Assembly (NCBI GenBank): GCA_002269645.1
Contig: NIVC01004405.1
Span: 1-46,981, forward strand
Length of the DNA stretch: 46,981 nt
Direction: 5' to 3'
From: Macrostomum lignano
Lineage: Eukaryota
Part shown: positions 44,155-46,981 of the stretch, in pieces
Layout of the letters: each line of letters begins with the position of its first letter
Numbering within the stretch: position 1 is the stretch's first letter
Translations under genes and position numbers: made by a program
The notes under the pieces: model-generated
Databases searched by the model: none
What the model was told of the DNA's origin: nothing
The model's input: the letters and a program-made list of their open reading frames with translations, nothing else

Positions 44155-45089
44155 CTTCGAGTCTTTTTTATTCAATGATGTATTTGTCTTCGATTCGAGC
44201 GTAGCAGCGTAGCGGTGCAGTTTATATAATTTTTCGAATTGCTAAACCCATTATAAAGCCCCTGTGGATTTTGTCACACATTGTTCTTCGAGGACTGCAA
44301 TAAGCATCAATGCAACCATTGCCTCATTAGATTAAAAGAACAAAATTGAGTACGAGATAGGCAAATAATAGAAGGCAAAAGGCTCCACTCGAGCCTGGAG
44401 TGTCCCACTTAGACTAATGGATGCTGAGTGCATTGCCTGCATCGCTTGCGCTCGAATTGGCCTGCCTGTGCACTCCTGGCCAACGTTTCAAGTACCACTG
44501 CGACAATGGGGGGTTGCGAAGGAGAGTGATGAGGCAGCGCCGCAGGGTGCTGAAATGGAACAGGTGATTTGCCAATTAACAGAGGCGCGAGAACATAACA
44601 GGGGGCCCAGTTAGAGTGACATGCCTTTCGCACAATGCCTTGCAGGCTCGGCTGCAGAAACTGGCAGCCCGTGAGAAAGAAGCCCTGTTGAAAATAAGCT
44701 GCGTGCGACCGTTTCCACTTATTTATCATCTCATTCCGCCTGCCTAAATACGTCAGGCATGGCTTCAATAAAAACAAAAGAAGCAAAAGGACTTTCAGTT
44801 TGAATTTTTTACAACTCTTGATGTGAAATCTTCTTTTCTTGAGCGAAGCGCTCGCCTTTCCGTTTAAACTGGAAAACACTTGTTTTATTATATAAGTTTC
44901 CAATGAGACTTTGACAGCTTTGACAAGCCACCAATGCGTACGTGACTGCAGATCAATAGATGAACCATTAGATAAAAAAGGTTTGAGATTGAGTACTCGT
45001 ATATGAATGTCTTTATTGGACTTTAAGGTTTGCTGCAACTACAGAACTGCCTAGCACTTTGCAACTGATATTTCAATGTTCGAGAAATG

Positions 45090-45558
45090 GCTTTTTGCAG
45101 CCCATTTGGGCTTACGCGCATTGAATTTAATCCAAGATAGGTTTGCCAATGTAACGGAGCTTTTGTCTATGGTAGCAAGGCGTGCCACAGCGGCACTTGA
45201 TTTAGTCCAACAAGCATCCATTTGGTCCATAGCTTTATTTGCAACTGTTGCGGAGGAGCAAGATCAGCCCAGAATTGTGACAATATGCTAGGTTGTCGAA
45301 CGTATGCCACTGGCTTGTGATCAAAGCGCTCAACAGAGGTGAAAACCCAAAGGACATTGCAAGGTTGCTGAATATAGAAGAAAGATGACTTTACAGCATC
45401 CATCAGCGTGTTGAAACCACTTCTGGCTAGGTCGCCTGTGAAAGGTGGCAATCGCCAAGACGAACCCTTTGTTGACGTTGCAGAAATGCAGCAAACGTCA
45501 TTGGCAAACCTATCTTGGATTAAATTCAATGCGCGTACGCCCAAATGCTGCAAAAAGC
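45090..45558. repeat. ~60-bp inverted repeat pair separated by ~345 bp
   Basis: GCTTTTTGCAGCCCATTTGGGCTTACGCGCATTGAATTTAATCCAAGATAGGTTTGCCAATG versus its reverse complement at ~45499-45558. Confidence 0.8.
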
Positions 45559-46009
45559 TATATTTGATGATCTACGAGTTCAATTATATCGCATTTATGC
45601 GTAGCGACCAAAAACAACTAACTACAAGCAAAAATTTGTGTAGAGTATATACTTCTACAGACTGCTCAAGTCATTAGCAACGTAGCAACAATGGAAATGA
45701 CAACTATTCAAAAGTCAGAGCAAAGTTTCTTTTGCTTGATTTCATTTGGTTGATAAATTTTCGCAGTTTTTTTCCACAGTTACTCTGCTTTGACTTTATT
45801 GAACTTAAAACTCTTAAACGTTGCTAAACTCGCGTTTTTCAAAACAAATAAGAAAAAATTTCCGTGGCGGATCCAGACCGAATAAGTTAGCCAAGAGCTT
45901 CCTCACTCATCTCGCGTGCTCGTTGGTCGTCAGGACCCGGATCTTCTATCAGAGTGGATCCTCCGCCGACAAGACTAACGACAAGCGGCTGCTGACCATG
46001 GGCTCTCCG

Positions 46010-46175
46010 GCTCTCTCCTGCCCTGATGCTATCGCTGCTCTCTCCTCCCAAGATGCTAGCTCGTACTGCTCTCTCCTCCCCAGATGCTAGCTCGTACTGC
46101 TCTCTCCTCCCAGATGCTAGCTCGTACTGCTCTCTCCTCCCCAGATGCTAGCTCGTACTGCTCTCTCCTCCCCAT
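46010..46175. repeat. 30-bp tandem repeat (TGCTCTCTCCTCCCAGATGCTAGCTCGTAC)n bracketed by ~45-bp direct repeats
   Basis: About 5 units; TTGGTCRTCAGGACCC...CTATCAGAGTGGATCCTCC at ~45923 and ~46191. Confidence 0.85.
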
Positions 46176-46843
46176 ACGCTCACGTGTTCGTTGGTCATCA
46201 GGACCCTGTCATTCTATCAGAGTGGATCCTCCACCGCAACATTGGTTTCTAAGCAACAGCTAAGCAACACGAATAGATGTTATAACACTGTTGCGCACCC
46301 CACTCACGCCAAAAGACTCCACTACGATTTAAATTTCGTCGCTCGAGTAAAAAGACGTAGAATGCATGCAACGTCGAGTTTTAACCATTGGTATCAATAC
46401 ACAATCAAATTGAAGAGTAGCAACACACAATTACTCAGCAATGTACACATAGTAACACCAATAACCCAGGTTAAACTGCCGAACGACAGAGGAAACGCAG
46501 CTCGAGATCCTGTCGATCATCTCAGCGCTGCTAACGAACTCCTCCTCCTGCAGGCTGGCCGTGGCTCCCACCGAATGGACTGTCGGAGTCGCCGCCTACC
46601 GACAGACTGGAAGGCGACCCGTCTGCGCAGGCCGCCGATCCAGCCGCCGCCATCACGCCGAGGTGGCGCCAGCCGCGCCAGCACCGACGCTTCGAGAATT
46701 ATTAATAAGGGTATCCGTCTCGCAGCTCCCGGTAGCAGCGTCCGCCTCTCGGTTCATGAAGTCATCATCGGGATGGCCTGAGAGCGGTCTGAAAATTGAA
46801 TGCAACAAATGTCTTGTAGATTGTCTTTGTCAGGTACAGAGCA

Positions 46844-46981
46844 GCTCTCCTCTCCTCTCTCTCCTCTCCTCTCCTCTCCTCTCCTCTCTCTCTCTCCTCT
46901 CCTCTCTCCTCTCCTCTCCTCTCCTCTCCTCTCCTCCTCCTCCTCCTCCCTCTCCTCTCCTCCCTCTCCTCTCCTCTCCTC
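46844..46981. repeat. (CTCTC)n tract running off the window end
   Basis: Direct reading. Confidence 0.95.

Noticed and set aside
44409-45038. 209-aa minus-strand ORF ending RKRCRQC (piggyBac-like Cys tail?)
   Set aside because: TTG start, AT-rich, no DDD catalytic motifs recognisable.

Overview
Eukaryotic (metazoan invertebrate) genomic DNA with spliceosomal introns (many 70-80 nt) and a high load of minisatellites, MITEs and SINEs. The style resembles free-living flatworm genomes such as Macrostomum, but the species cannot be proven from the sequence. Five protein-coding loci are well supported: (1) a 3-exon LYSMD3/4-like LysM+TM gene (+, 1956-7220); (2) a two-repeat beta-thymosin (+, 14090-14359); (3) a 19-exon, ~1308-aa Slo1/BK-type K+ channel (-, 34225-23566) in which nearly every classical Ca2+/Mg2+-sensing residue is replaced; (4) a 3-exon GT7 (beta-1,4-galactosyltransferase family) gene (-, 37286-35268), ~1 kb upstream of the channel on the same strand; (5) an intronless type-I membrane protein gene (-, 44154-40468) with 3 fibronectin type II domains, a probable beta-trefoil and 15 shortened thrombospondin-1-like repeats, broken by two frameshifts. 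Weak evidence suggests a further minus-strand gene between ~22950 and 16852. Mobile elements with visible TIRs/TSDs include several hAT MITE families (one carrying expanded CT-rich tracts, one reduced to 39 bp), a Tc1/mariner-like MITE with a nested (TAAG)n-tailed retroposon, a TTAA-flanked foldback element and two tRNA-derived SINE families. Most long ORFs in the supplied track are artefacts of tandem repeats. All protein comparisons are from memory and by eye; no database search was run.
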